Source: Zygophlyctis sp. KS116
Lineage: Eukaryota > Fungi > Chytridiomycota
Reading direction: 5' to 3'
DNA: 21,956 nt
NCBI GenBank assembly: GCA_054661495.1
Contig: BAAFSQ010000168.1
Location: 1 to 21,956 of the forward strand
Part shown: piece after piece, positions 1-9,685 of the stretch
Numbering within the stretch: position 1 is the stretch's first letter
How the letters are laid out: the number at the start of each line of letters is the position of its first letter
Made by a program: the position numbers and the translations under genes
The notes under the pieces: generated by a model
The model's input: only the letters and a program-made list of their open reading frames with translations
Told to the model about the DNA's origin: nothing
Database searches by the model: none

Positions 1-2
1 AA

Positions 3-89
3 GAGTATGGTAGATTATTTGGAAAACCTTCTATATCTGCCTGGGAATGGATCACTCAACTGGAAACTAAGAAGTCTAATAGTCTATAA
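3..89 (+). CDS. Probable 3' end of an upstream gene (partial, unknown product)
   Basis: Open frame EYGRLFGKPSISAWEWITQLETKKSNSL* ending TAA at 87-89. Frame 1 is also open, so the frame is uncertain. Confidence 0.3.
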   Translation, partial: EYGRLFGKPSISAWEWITQLETKKSNSL

Positions 90-198
90 ATACTAAATGA
101 GTACTATTGTATCTTGTCATCCGTTGAGTCTGACAAACCTACCGTACAAGTCAAACCTTTGTTTCTGTTAAATTGCGTCGACAAGCGACATTACAAGA

Positions 199-762
199 AT
201 GGGAAACTTTAATTCGCAACTATTACCTCTGGAACTGGAAGAATTGTCAAGAGAAACGTCTTTGACTCATCAGGAAATTAAAAAACTCTACAAGAGATTT
301 AAAACTCTGGACAAGGAAAACAAGTCTTTTATTACTCTTTTAGAGTTCATGTCAATCCCTGAACTTGTCATGAATCCTCTTGCTAATAGAATTCTCAAAG
401 TTTTTGACAAGAATTCTAGATCAGAATTGAATTTTAGAGAATTTATTTCAAATTTATCAGTATTTTCTCTTCATACTAAAAGAGAAACGAAACTACAATT
501 TGCTTTTGATGTTTATGATGTAGACGGAGATGGATTTATAGATTCTAGAGATTTATTTTACATTATTAAACTCTTGGTAACTTATTTCTAAACTAAACTA
601 GAGGTTGGATCTAATCTAAATGATGATCAAGTACAATCACTAGTAGATCAAACAATTTTAGATGCAGATACTCTAGATATGGATGGTAGAATTTCATTTT
701 TGGAATTTAAAAGGACAATGTTTGATGTTGATTTTTCTAGTATATTGACTATAGATTTTTAA
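199..762 (+). CDS. CNB1: Calcineurin B regulatory subunit (EF-hand protein); exons 199-576, 604-762
   Basis: MGN myristoylation start, IPELVMNPLANRI, KLQFAFDVYDVDGDGFI. Removing intron 577-603 (27 nt) gives KLLVGSNLNDDQVQSLVDQTILDAD...DGRISFLEF. Confidence 0.9.
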
Positions 763-770
763 AGAGTTTA

Positions 771-1065
771 TTAAGATTTTGTAGCATCAAAACTTTTTCC
801 TCTTCTTGCTCCCATGGGCTCAAATCTATGATTCTAGTTTTTTTAGAAAAAGAAAAAGAGATTACAAACCAGTCTTTAAAACAATAAAAAAGAGTTCCAG
901 GGACTACGATTACAGTCATAAATGCTATTTTCATTGTTCTAGGAGTGAATTTATAATATTCATGAGTATGTTCCTTCATATGGTACCATTTTTCAATTGC
1001 CGGATCAATCTAGAGTTAGATAAATGACTTACAAGAACAGAAGGATATTTTCCATGGCCGCCCAT
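771..1065 (-). CDS. NDUFB4: NADH dehydrogenase (complex I) subunit B15/NDUFB4; exons 1065-1033, 1009-866, 833-771
   Basis: Spliced product MGGHGKYPSVL-IDPAIEKWYHMKEHTHEYYKFTPRT...TM...NHRFEPMGARRGKSFDATKS*, with the DPAIxxW...FTPRT motif. Introns of 23 nt (1010-1032, CTAAC branch) and 32 nt (834-865). Confidence 0.85.
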
Positions 1066-1296
1066 TAAAGGTTTTTATAAGCGCGTTCTTAAACCTTTTT
1101 AACTGGTTATTCTATATCTGCATCTGTATCTGTAAAATTTTGAAATATGATTCAGGGATGTTGTAAAGGAAGGTATGAATCCCTTAATCATAATACTTAA
1201 TTTATGAATTTCTCTAGTTGAAATTAATAAATCAGGAAAATCAGGAAATCAAAAATAAGAAAAATTTTCTTATAGGCTTATAAAATTCTTATAAAA

Positions 1297-2349
1297 ATGC
1301 AAGTTCAAGGAGATGATGAAATGACTCTGCTGCCCATGGCGAAAAACGAGGATAAGCTTGATAGTATGCATGATGATAGCATCAGCTCTAGTAAGGAAAA
1401 CAGTATCAAGGAAGTTGTGAGCAGTCCTAAAATTCAAGGAAATGAAATATTTAAGTTTGAATATTTGTATATAATTTTAAACTTGGGCTCTGCTGTTGGG
1501 ATAGTCATGGCCAATAAGTGGGTTTTCTCAAAGGAGGGATTTAATTTTGGAACAATATTGACTTGCATTCACTTTTTTGTAACTTATTTAGGACTTGTTG
1601 GTTGTGCATACTTTAATGTTTTCACTCCAAAAAAGATTGATGTCAAATCCGTATTACCAATTTGTATCAGTTTTTGTGGATTTGTGGTTTTGACAAATCT
1701 TAGTTTAGTCTATAACTCTATTGGATTTTATCAAATTGCCAAAGTTGGAACAATGCCAACTGTAATGCTTATACAAATATTCTTTTATAAAATGCATTTC
1801 TCTGCTGCTGTTAAAAGAAGTGTATATATTATTTGTCTTGGAGTTGTTCTAGCTTCTGTTACGGATGTACAGGTTAATTTACTTGGTTGTATAATTGCTG
1901 GAGCTGCAGTTGTTGTTACAGCAATGTATCAAATTTGGATTGGTACATCTCAAAAGGATTTACAAGTTGATTCTATGCAACTTTTATACTATCAAGCTCC
2001 TATTTCAGGACTTTTATTGATACCAATGATTCCTTTTTTGGATGATGTACCTAAATTTTTAGAATTTGAATGGAATGCATCAGCTTTTTACTCTATAATG
2101 GTATCTGCAATTCTTGCATTTTTTGTAAATTTGAGTACATTTTTAATTATTGGACGATTCTCTGCAATGTAAATTTAATTTTAATAATGGAATAGTACTT
2201 ATAATGTTGTTGGAAATTTCAAGACTGTAATGATTCTAATTTTAGGATTTGTAATTTTTGCGTATCCTTTGGATATAAAGAATCTTTTCGGGATATCTGT
2301 AACTTTGGTTGGAGTATTTATGTATTCTTCAGCAAAGATGAGTTCTTGA
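1297..2349 (+). CDS. Nucleotide-sugar/triose-phosphate transporter family protein (SLC35E3-like); exons 1297-2168, 2196-2349
   Basis: Multi-TM protein with IVMANKW, LTNLSLVYNSIGFYQIAK and QLLYYQAP. Intron 2169-2195 (27 nt) restores SAITYNVVGNFKT. Confidence 0.9.
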
Positions 2350-2400
2350 TTAATAAATATTTATTACAAAATCTAGCATTTTAAAGATTTATGAGGAGTG

Positions 2401-2513
2401 GGTTATAAGATTTATAAGATTTATAAAGCACTGTAAGGTTTATAAGATTTATAAGGGCTGGGCTGTAAATTGGTTTAAATGTCGCTGCTCGTCCGAAATC
2501 TTGGAGCTCCGTC
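2401..2513 (+). repeat. Left copy of ~112-bp direct repeat (CBP20 promoter + 5' CDS duplicate)
   Basis: Aligns by eye to 5118-5229 with about 7 differences. Contains TTATAAG micro-repeats and ATG at 2479. Confidence 0.95.
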
Positions 2514-2523
2514 AGTAGTATAG
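2479..2523 (+). pseudogene. Truncated CBP20 5' fragment (MSLLVRNLGAPSVV*)
   Basis: First ~12 codons match CBP20 exon 1 ([12 protein letters not shown]), then the frame runs into the insert and stops. Confidence 0.8.
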
Positions 2524-2690
2524 ATAAAGCACCGAATGATACCATTTTTAAAATGTATCAGAAAATGTCCAGGCCTCAGTAAAATTTTAGAATTTTGAAG
2601 TTGGACTACAGCTTGGGATTCTTTAAACAGTCACAACATATTTTCAACTGGTTTCGCCTTGTTGTAGCTCATGTGAAATGACATAAAGAG

Positions 2691-3734
2691 TCAATTTAAT
2701 TTTTTAACTTGAATTTTGACGCATAGATTGTCATTGAAATCAATAGAAGTCAACGCCTTATCAAGTTCATAGTAATTGGGCCAGATTTGATTTGGTTTAA
2801 TTTTAGCAGCAGGCGCAGTGGCCGGATCATGATATGTGTTTGCATATTTGTTGGACAAATGTGGTGCAAAGGATTTTTCATCAGAAGTTGCAGTAGTAGC
2901 ATTTGAAATTATAATTGGTATGCAGAGTGGTTCAAAGCATTGGTGTGAACCACTGACTGCTGCTTCTCGAGTTTCCAATTGTGTAGGATTCCCATTCTTA
3001 TTCCAGCAAGAGCTTTGCATCCACTTTTTCACATCATCTTTTGTGTAAATAGACATTGCATAATAAGATTGAAGTGGGAAGTAAAATAACTTGCCATTCT
3101 TGCATTTTACCAATTCCATAAATTCTTTTGTTTTGTTTATAGGAACTTCATCGAGTAGATACTCTTCTTCTTCACGCCATTCAATTCTTTGTAAAGCTCT
3201 TCGACAAACTTTATCAATGGCCAACATATTATTATCCAGAATCCAAGAGTCTAATACTTCTTCCGTAAGGAGCATATCATCTTCAGTAATTATAAAATAT
3301 TGGTATGCATCCCTTTCAAACGCCTCTTTGACCATACGTCGATTGCCCCAAGGAAAATCAAGCCCAGCATATTCATCTGAAATAGATATTCTGTAAGTAT
3401 GATATTCTTTGTGTATTGGCTTCAAGAGTTTCTCAATTTTTTGTTTTGCGTATTCTGAATTTGTCATGATTTCAATAGTTAGCTTGTATTTGCTACTAAA
3501 GGAATATAACTCTACCATCTGGCGTACAAAAAAGTTGGCCGTATAATCCCCCTGCCAAAAGGATTGGATTCCAATAAATACGTTAACTGCAGGTACTTTC
3601 ACATGCGTTTTCACCGTGAAAGTACAATATAGTAAAACAAAACAAAAAGAAATAAAAAGAATGAATTGTACTATTTTAAGAATTCGATATGTACCTCTTT
3701 TTCTCAAAGCCATCACGGTTACTAATAAATTCAT
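2691..3734 (-). CDS. Intronless type II membrane glycosyltransferase-like protein (347 aa)
   Basis: Basic tail plus a single N-terminal TM (IVQFILFISFCFVLLYCTF). YQYFIITEDDMLL resembles the GT-A (MGAT4/GT25-type) EDD metal-binding motif. Start may be the second Met (MALRKRG). Confidence 0.6.
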   Translation of the reverse strand: MNLLVTVMALRKRGTYRILKIVQFILFISFCFVLLYCTFTVKTHVKVPAVNVFIGIQSFWQGDYTANFFVRQMVELYSFSSKYKLTIEIMTNSEYAKQKIEKLLKPIHKEYHTYRISISDEYAGLDFPWGNRRMVKEAFERDAYQYFIITEDDMLLTEEVLDSWILDNNMLAIDKVCRRALQRIEWREEEEYLLDEVPINKTKEFMELVKCKNGKLFYFPLQSYYAMSIYTKDDVKKWMQSSCWNKNGNPTQLETREAAVSGSHQCFEPLCIPIIISNATTATSDEKSFAPHLSNKYANTYHDPATAPAAKIKPNQIWPNYYELDKALTSIDFNDNLCVKIQVKKLN

Positions 3735-4222
3735 TTAAAAAACAAGAGTAAAGTCGGAATTTTGGAATTTTGGATAATACTGACTTTTCTGTGGACTTGA
3801 AGCTGGTAGAAGGCGATGCAAAGCGTAATCTTCATTGCACTTGATGGTTTGTTCACCAATTGAAAGAAGAAAATAGCAAAGTATTGATCAATAAGTGTTC
3901 CATTGCGAAGAGTGTGAGTATCAACTTCATGGCGTCTGACTTTGTTCTCTGGAAAAAGCTTTGATGGAAGACTGGTGATCAAGGTCAATTTCTTGTTTGA
4001 AGTCATCATTGAGAGCTGAAACGTTGCAAGTTGTAATCGCGCTAATCAGAAAGATAACAAATTGTAAACTGTGATTTTGAAGTCTTTGCAATTAGTAATG
4101 CATCAAGAATCATTGAAATGACTTGTACAAAGATTTTGTATTAAAGAAATTAGCGGTCGCTTTAAGCTGCAATAAATCATTCTTCCAACCATAATTAATG
4201 ACACTTTGATAGCCTTTGTTCA

Positions 4223-4447
4223 TCAGTTCATGAGATTCAATAATGACAGTTGTTTCTCTAACAACTGATTATGAAAAAGTTTAGATGTTCTACAAATTGG
4301 ACACTTGCTATTTATCTTTTGCTTACAAGGATGACAAACAAAATGATTGCCAGAAGAGCATTGAATAATGGGTGGTGAAATACCATCGTAACAAATGCAG
4401 CATTCTAATTCAGATTTCTGCAACTCATAAGTTATTTGAATACTCAT
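4223..4447 (-). CDS. Siah/Sina-type RING finger protein, probably truncated (74 aa)
   Basis: LECCICYDGISPPIIQCSSGNHFVCHPCKQKINSKCPICR follows the Sina RING pattern (ECPVC..PPILQC.SGH.VC..C...CPTCR). No substrate-binding domain follows. Confidence 0.7.
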   Translation of the reverse strand: MSIQITYELQKSELECCICYDGISPPIIQCSSGNHFVCHPCKQKINSKCPICRTSKLFHNQLLEKQLSLLNLMN

Positions 4448-4460
4448 TTTATTTATTATA

Positions 4461-4493
4461 TTATTATAGAAATATTTAAAAATTCTATAATAA
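4461..4493. terminator. AT-rich hairpin (11-bp perfect stem, 11-nt loop), candidate viral 3'-end signal
   Basis: TTATTATAGAA (4461-4471) / TTCTATAATAA (4483-4493), between a stop at 4496 and the next ATG at 4447 on the minus strand. Confidence 0.5.
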
Positions 4494-4495
4494 AA

Positions 4496-4691
4496 TTAAA
4501 TTATTTTCTTGTTGATGCAGTGTTGCTTGATTCGAGCCTTTTCACTGTCAACATTATGATAGTACTCTCAATATCTTTCTCTCTCCTTTTCTTGATTTTT
4601 TGAGTAATAGTTTTTATACCATTTCACTTTATTTTCTTATACAAGCCATGTAATCTCTGTATCTCTTTATTGTTTTTATATCAAGTGCCAT
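4496..4691 (-). pseudogene. Decayed small virus-like ORF with K/E/Y-rich helical repeats
   Basis: MALDIKTIKRYRDY..., frameshift, then KWYKNYYSKNQEKERERY*EYYHNVDSEKARIKQHCINKKII*. One frameshift and one internal TGA. Confidence 0.4.
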
Positions 4692-4843
4692 TAAATAATT
4701 TAAGAAAATAAGTTTCTGGAAATAATCTTACGTTTCTTCTGAAGAGGTTCAACAGTGTGCTCCAATAACTCTTCAATTTCACGCCTGTTTCTCTTTTGCT
4801 GATTAGTCAATAGGTTTTCTCTATCAGATTGTCTATTAAGATA

Positions 4844-4961
4844 TTATAACATTTGTGCTTCAATCTTTCTTAGTGGAACCTTTCTTTAGTTTCAAATACA
4901 GTTTGTAAGGTGATAGTAGGCCACTCTTGGGATTGTAATAGATTGAATATAATTCTTCCAT
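4844..4961 (-). pseudogene. N-terminal fragment of a Polinton/virophage-type retroviral-like integrase
   Basis: MEELYSIYYNPKSGLLSPYKLYLKLKK, frameshift, VPLRKIEAQML*. Resembles the YY(N/D)PxxG...KLY helix preceding the rve domain; no DDE core present. Confidence 0.55.
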
Positions 4962-5117
4962 AATTTTATACTCAAGGCCAAGAAAAAAAGTTATTTAATA
5001 CTAGATTTATTCAAAGATAAAGAAATGAAGCCACTGGTGAGTGATAATGGAAAGCTGCAAAAAATTATGAATTCGGACAGTGTTGTTGCAGCCAAAATTG
5101 CTGGAGATGCCTGGAAA

Positions 5118-5229
5118 GGTTATAAGATTTATAAGGTTAATAAAGCACTGTAAGGTTTATAAGGATTAAAGGGCTGGGCTGTAAATTGGTTTAAATGTCG
5201 CTGCTCGTCCAAACTCTTGGAGCTCCGTC
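5118..5229 (+). repeat. Right copy of ~112-bp direct repeat (functional CBP20 promoter and start)
   Basis: Matches 2401-2513 and contains the CBP20 ATG at 5195. Confidence 0.95.
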
Positions 5230-5849
5230 TTCTTACAGGGACAAGAAATATCCTGTAACTTTTTTTTATTTAAAATCAGGGAACTAGGGCAGAATTAGAA
5301 TCAGCATTGTCTTCTTCTACTACATTATATGTTGGAAATACATCATTTTACACCACTGAAGAACAAATTTATCAACTCTTTTCTAAAGTTGGAGAAATTA
5401 AGAGAATTATTATGGGATTAGATCGTGTTAAGAAGACTCCTTGTGGATTCTGTTTTGTGGAATATTATACTAGAAAAGATGCATTAGATTGTATGAAATT
5501 CTTGAATGGAACTAAATGTGACGAAAGGATTATTAGAACAGATATAGATCCAGGGTTTAAACCTGATCGTCAATATGGAAGAGGAAGATCAGGAGGTCAA
5601 GTAAGAGATGAATATAGAGAAGACTATGATCAAGGAAGAGGAGGTTGGGGCTTAAAAACAGAACAAGGAACTGAAAAGAGATACAAGTCTTTTAAAGAAA
5701 ATTATCAGTCTTCTCAATTACCATCAGGAACATCAGATCACGGATATTACTCAAAATCTAATTCTAATACTTTTAAAAAGAGAGGAAGAGAGGAAGAGTC
5801 TGATGATAAAAATCCTAGGTTTAGAAGACAAGGGGATGAGTCACCCTAA
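5195..5849 (+). CDS. NCBP2: Nuclear cap-binding protein subunit 2 (CBP20); exons 5195-5254, 5280-5849
   Basis: [51 protein letters not shown]...[12 protein letters not shown]...[17 protein letters not shown]. 25-nt intron 5255-5279. The TTG start in the ORF track is an artefact. Confidence 0.97.
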
Positions 5850-5929
5850 ATTAGGAAATTTGGGTCCGACAAAAAAATTTCAATAAAAAATAAAAAAATT
5901 CTAGTCCGAGGGCCAGGGTAGGGAGTTGA

Positions 5930-7305
<1,376 letters not shown>

Positions 7306-7309
<4 letters not shown>

Positions 7310-7770
7310 GTAGATTTAATTCGTTTTAGATAAATAACTAGTTGTTTTTGAATGAGCATTTGATCAATTTCTTCATTCTTGATCCCCTTGTCAAACTTGA
7401 CCATATTCTTTGGTGCGAATTGGGGGCTTTGAAATGTAACTTTGATTAGTATTATGAAAATACCTTTTCTTTTTGGCGAATCAAGTTTATAATCGGGAGA
7501 TACGGCTTTGTCCGATCGTCTTAGTAAAGTTGCTTTTTCCATTTCAGAAAAGTAATTTGATGGAAATCGATTACGGGTGAGTCGATTGATTATAGATCGA
7601 TTGTGGTTTGACCATTCAAGAGTCTTATTTACTCTATCAGCTAAAGAATGCAGATCTGGTTTGGGATAGTGAATGGTATATGAAATCTGCGCTTTTTTTG
7701 GAGTCACTAAATTTGGCTGGGATAATATATGAGGCAAATATGATTGACTATTGTATGCATCATTTGTCAT
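7306..7770 (-). CDS. Hypothetical protein (likely 24-nt intron 7440-7463; 3' end uncertain)
   Basis: Long open frame from ATG 7770, divergent from IFT56. No recognised domain. Confidence 0.55.
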
Positions 7771-7827
7771 GTTTATCAAACACAATTGGTGACGTTACAT
7801 ATTTCGAAAATCGTCCGAACGACCAAG

Positions 7828-9681
7828 ATGGTAAGTTTTAAGATATTAATGTAAAGATGTTATCTAGAGCAAAGTCTGCTATTGACTCTGAAGAGAGAGA
7901 TTCTGCTCCAGAGAAGAAGCCTGCCCCCAAATTAGACAATTTCATTCGTGATAGAGACTACATGGGAGCGATAACTCTACTAGAGGTAAGACGCGATTCT
8001 ACTTAGTACAGTTTCTAAAATCTATGGGCAAGACAGAACTTAATCTTAAATTATGGCTGGCTTATTCTGCTTTTCATTTTGGGGATTATAAAAAGGCGAT
8101 GGATGTAATGCATTTTTAATGCTAATTTAAAGATTTACAAACATTTATTAACCGATCCAAATATTGATAATGTCATTTCTTTATATTTAGCATGCTGCTA
8201 CTTTTTTCTAGGAATGTATAAACAAGCTGATGAAGCCGCACAAAAAGGGCCACCGACTAAATTACAAAACAGACTATTATTCCATTTATCTCATAAATTT
8301 AATGATGAAAAGAGATTGATGGGGTATCATCAAAATTTACAGGATATTACAGAAGATCAGGTATAAATGTTTAATATTGATATATAGCTTACATTGGCTT
8401 CGATGCATTATTTGAGAGGACATTATCAGGAAGCCGTAGATATTTATAAGCGCCTTATGCTAGAAAATAAGTAATTTTAAAAATTAAGCTTATAGAGAAT
8501 ATATTGCAATCAATGTATATATTGCAATGTGTTATTATAAACTGGATTACTTTGATGTTTCTCAAGAAGTCCTAGCAACATATCTTTCCAATTATCCAAA
8601 CAGTGTAACAGCTAGAAATTTAAAGGCATGCAATCATTTTAAGCTGTTTAATGGTAAAGCTGCAGAAGCTGAATTAAAAACGCTCACTGATACAACACAT
8701 CCAAATTTTAAATTTGCAGAAGAGTTAATTCAGCACAATCTGGTAGTTTTTAAGAATGGAGAAAATGCTATACAGATACTTGTTCCGTTAGTGGATGCTC
8801 TTCCAGAGGCTAGATTAAATTTAGTTATTTATCATCTTCGAAATTATGATGTGATGTCTGCATATAATTACATGAAAGATATTGAACCAAGTACACCTCA
8901 GGAATATATTCTAAAAGGAATTGTTAATGCATGTGTTGGACAAGAACAAGACTCTAGAGAGCATTTGAAGATTGCTCAACAATATTTCCAACTTGTTGGT
9001 GGATCAGCTTCAGAATGTGATACGATTCCCGGTAGACAATGTATGGCAAGTTGTTTCTTTTTGCTACGACAATTTGAAGATGTTATGGTTTATTTGAATT
9101 CTGTTAAAGTAATTCAACTAATAATCATAATTAGGGATACATGTTTAATGATGATGTTTTCAATTACAATTTTGCACAAGCTCAATGTGCTTTAGGAGCC
9201 TACACTGAAGCAGAAGAAGCTCTTTTAATGATTCAAAATGAAAAGTATAAGAATGAATACACTTATATCAGCCATTTAGTTAAATGCTGTAAGTATAAAT
9301 TCAGCTTATTTTAGACATTATGAATAGAAAGCCGAGATTAGCATGGGAATTATATCTCAAAATGGAAACATGCTCTGAATCTTTTTCTATTTTAACATTA
9401 ATAGCAAATGATTGTTATACTGTAAGCATAAAATTTAATTTTAGATGAAACAATATTTTTATTCAGCAAAAGCATTTGATGTTTTAGAAAGATTAGATCC
9501 ATGTCCTGAATACTGGGAAGGTAAACTTGGAGCATGTCTTGGAGTTTTGGAATCAATTCTTAACGGATCTGAATCGCGAGAATCTTTCAAGGCGATTGTT
9601 GCGCTGCTCAAAAACTCCGATAATCCGCAGTCTGAAATTACTTTGCGAACTCTAAGGAAAGTAGCCAAAGAGTTAAATTGA
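7828..9681 (+). CDS. TTC26: Intraflagellar transport protein 56 (TTC26/DYF-13); introns 7831-7856, 7986-8011, 8105-8132, 8361-8387, 8471-8495, 9109-9134, 9289-9314, 9422-9444
   Basis: [83 protein letters not shown]. Confidence 0.96.
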
Positions 9682-9685
9682 GCAT

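Larger units (their letters stand above)
2514..5117. mobile_element. Degenerate Polinton/Maverick- or virophage-like endogenous viral element remnant
   Basis: Begins AGTAGT exactly at the repeat junction. Co-oriented, intronless, tightly packed minus-strand ORFs/pseudo-ORFs include an integrase-like N-terminus (IYYNPKSGLLSPYKLYLKLK). Flanked by direct repeats; no matching right terminus is visible. Confidence 0.55.

Noticed and set aside
2836-3396. Plus-strand ORFs 2836-3048 and 3091-3396 (similarly 806-1027, 5851-6096, 6069-6371, 6279-6464, 7608-7841, 9459-9668, 9840-10118, 10455-10766, 12415-12636, 13219-13416, 14362-14580)
   Set aside because: Antisense or off-frame shadows of well-supported genes with no recognisable motifs.
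3731-4220. 92-aa ORF 3731-4009 and neighbouring broken frames in the island
   Set aside because: Several frames look semi-coding with scattered TGA stops, but no frame or family could be assigned. Probably decayed cargo.
2401-5229. LTR retrotransposon, or the repeat as an ncRNA/ribozyme/spliced leader
   Set aside because: No TG...CA ends, PBS, gag or RT. The repeat is explained as CBP20 promoter plus coding start, and no hammerhead core or tRNA fold is visible.
7790-7795. TGACGT/ACGTCA (CRE-like) upstream of IFT56 and FAM227 (17441) as a ciliary regulon motif
   Set aside because: Only two hexamers, absent upstream of DNAAF3, and no clear RFX X-box. Chance cannot be excluded.
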